The notes below the pieces were generated by a model, which did not search any database, had not been told where the DNA came from, and was given only the letters and a program-made list of their open reading frames with translations. Below are positions 62,633 through 64,000 of a stretch of 64,000 nt of DNA, piece after piece. The first letter of the stretch is position 1. Each line of letters opens with the position of its first letter. Source of the DNA: Octopus vulgaris. Its lineage: Eukaryota. The stretch is from the NCBI GenBank assembly GCA_951406725.2, contig OX597824.1:66278001-66342000 (forward strand), given 5' to 3'. The position numbers and the translations under genes were made by a program.

Positions 62633-62665
<33 letters not shown>

Positions 62666-63689
62666 GACTCTTTCCCTTTCTCTCTGTCATTCACATACAA
62701 ACAAGAGGTTATCAATATGAATGTGTGAGAAGGGGCAGAGACAAAACCTAGCACTCCACAATTTAGCTTCACAACCAGCTGCCTGGATAGCATGTTACCT
62801 GAAATAACAGATACAAAGGGACTAACATTCTTTCTGTCAACATCATACACATCATCATCCACATCACCCTCATCATGGCCTCTACCACCACCCACACCAT
62901 GACCATCATCATCCTCATCACTTTTCTGCGTTAGTCTGGGTTTTATTATATAATACACACACACACACATTTTTAAATTGTTCTGTGCTGTAAGGTACAT
63001 AGGTCTAGCCATGCCTATCATGTTCCCAGATTTCTTTGGATGCTTTTTGTAGCATGCTGGATGAAAAGAAGTTGTTGACCCCTAGCTCAACCCTCCTTCA
63101 TTTCTGGAAGAAAGGAACAGTAAGTGGTTCTCCTGCTTTCTGTGACTCTCACACAGTGAAGGGTAGCTGGTTGAGAGAGAGAGAGAGAGAGAGAGGGAAA
63201 GAGTGAAAAGAACTCATTCATTGACACCCCACCCACCCCCAGAAAGATGGGGCAAACTTGGGCAAGGTAAGAGTTGAATTCAAATACGTAAAAGCTAATA
63301 CAGTTGTTATAAGGTATTTGTTTGGTGTTTTAATGATTGCATTGACTGACTGCTCTATATACACATACACAGTCAAATACATGCATACACACACACACAC
63401 ACAATGGAAAATAGGATTACAAATAGGATCATTATAACATTACTAATAACATCTTGTACTAACAGAAAATCATACAATTGAAGGTGGGACATAGGATATG
63501 GGTGATACATGCTTTAATGATCCTGGAGGGTGAAAGAGAGTCACTTGTTCCATCCCTACAATTCTAAATTCAGAATATTGGGACTAAATATGACTGCAGT
63601 TAGTTTGACACTTAACCCTCCACAGCCCAGCAACGACAAATATAGGCAAAGAACAAATTTCACAGCATGATTGCACATCTGTAGGTAGG

Positions 63690-63810
63690 AGATACCTTTG
63701 GTTGGTCTGGGACTATGGTAAAAGACACTTGCCCAAGGTGCCACACAGTGGGAGTGAACCCAAAACCATGTGGGAAACAAACTTAACTACACAGTCAAAC
63801 CTGCAGCACC
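63690..63810 (-). mobile_element. Family-A SINE head
   Basis: aagacacttgcccaaggtgccacacagtggga.tgaaccc. Confidence 0.7.
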
Positions 63811-64000
63811 TACATACATATACATGTATACACATATGCATATGTACAGAAACATTAAAGACACACACAGACATGCACACAAATATACAAACATGTACTA
63901 ACACATATGTACAATGGGAAAGAGAGGAAGATGAAGTTTGGCTTAGACTGACACAAAACTAAACAAAAAGATTTAAAAGAATAAAATTTTTTCATAATAT

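Noticed and set aside
62389-63021. 210-aa minus-strand ORF as a possible PACS first exon
   Set aside because: Crosses several microsatellites and lacks the expected N-terminal LFATWEV...CxPR motif; the first exon is probably beyond 64000.

Overview
AT-rich, repeat-dense eukaryotic genomic DNA, most likely from an octopus (inferred from the tRNA-derived SINE families, RTE LINE tails and abundant AAT/AG/AC microsatellites). The whole window lies inside one minus-strand gene, a PACS1/PACS2 (phosphofurin acidic cluster sorting protein) homolog. Four internal coding exons (58585-58672, 48231-48320, 5690-5815, 145-301) splice in frame to give the furin-binding region. They are separated by introns of about 10.3, 42.4 and 5.4 kb; the first exon and downstream exons lie outside the window. 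The introns hold decayed mobile elements: SINEs, RTE and CR1/Jockey-like LINE pieces, a HERO-like retrotransposon 3' end, piggyBac and pogo transposase relics, MITEs and a Helitron-like end. Nearly all ORFs in the supplied track are microsatellite or repeat artefacts. The most striking signal is in the 3' UTR of the HERO-like fragment (1662-1773, minus strand): all hammerhead core motifs (NUH, GAAA, CUGAUGA) appear in a non-canonical order inside a seven-helix, double-pseudoknotted fold. Other highlights are a minimal Penelope-type hammerhead, a probable GC-AG splice donor, a PHD finger inside an RTE ORF, and long intronic hairpins. Element family names come from recognition, not database searches, and repeat boundaries are approximate unless TSDs or TIRs are given.
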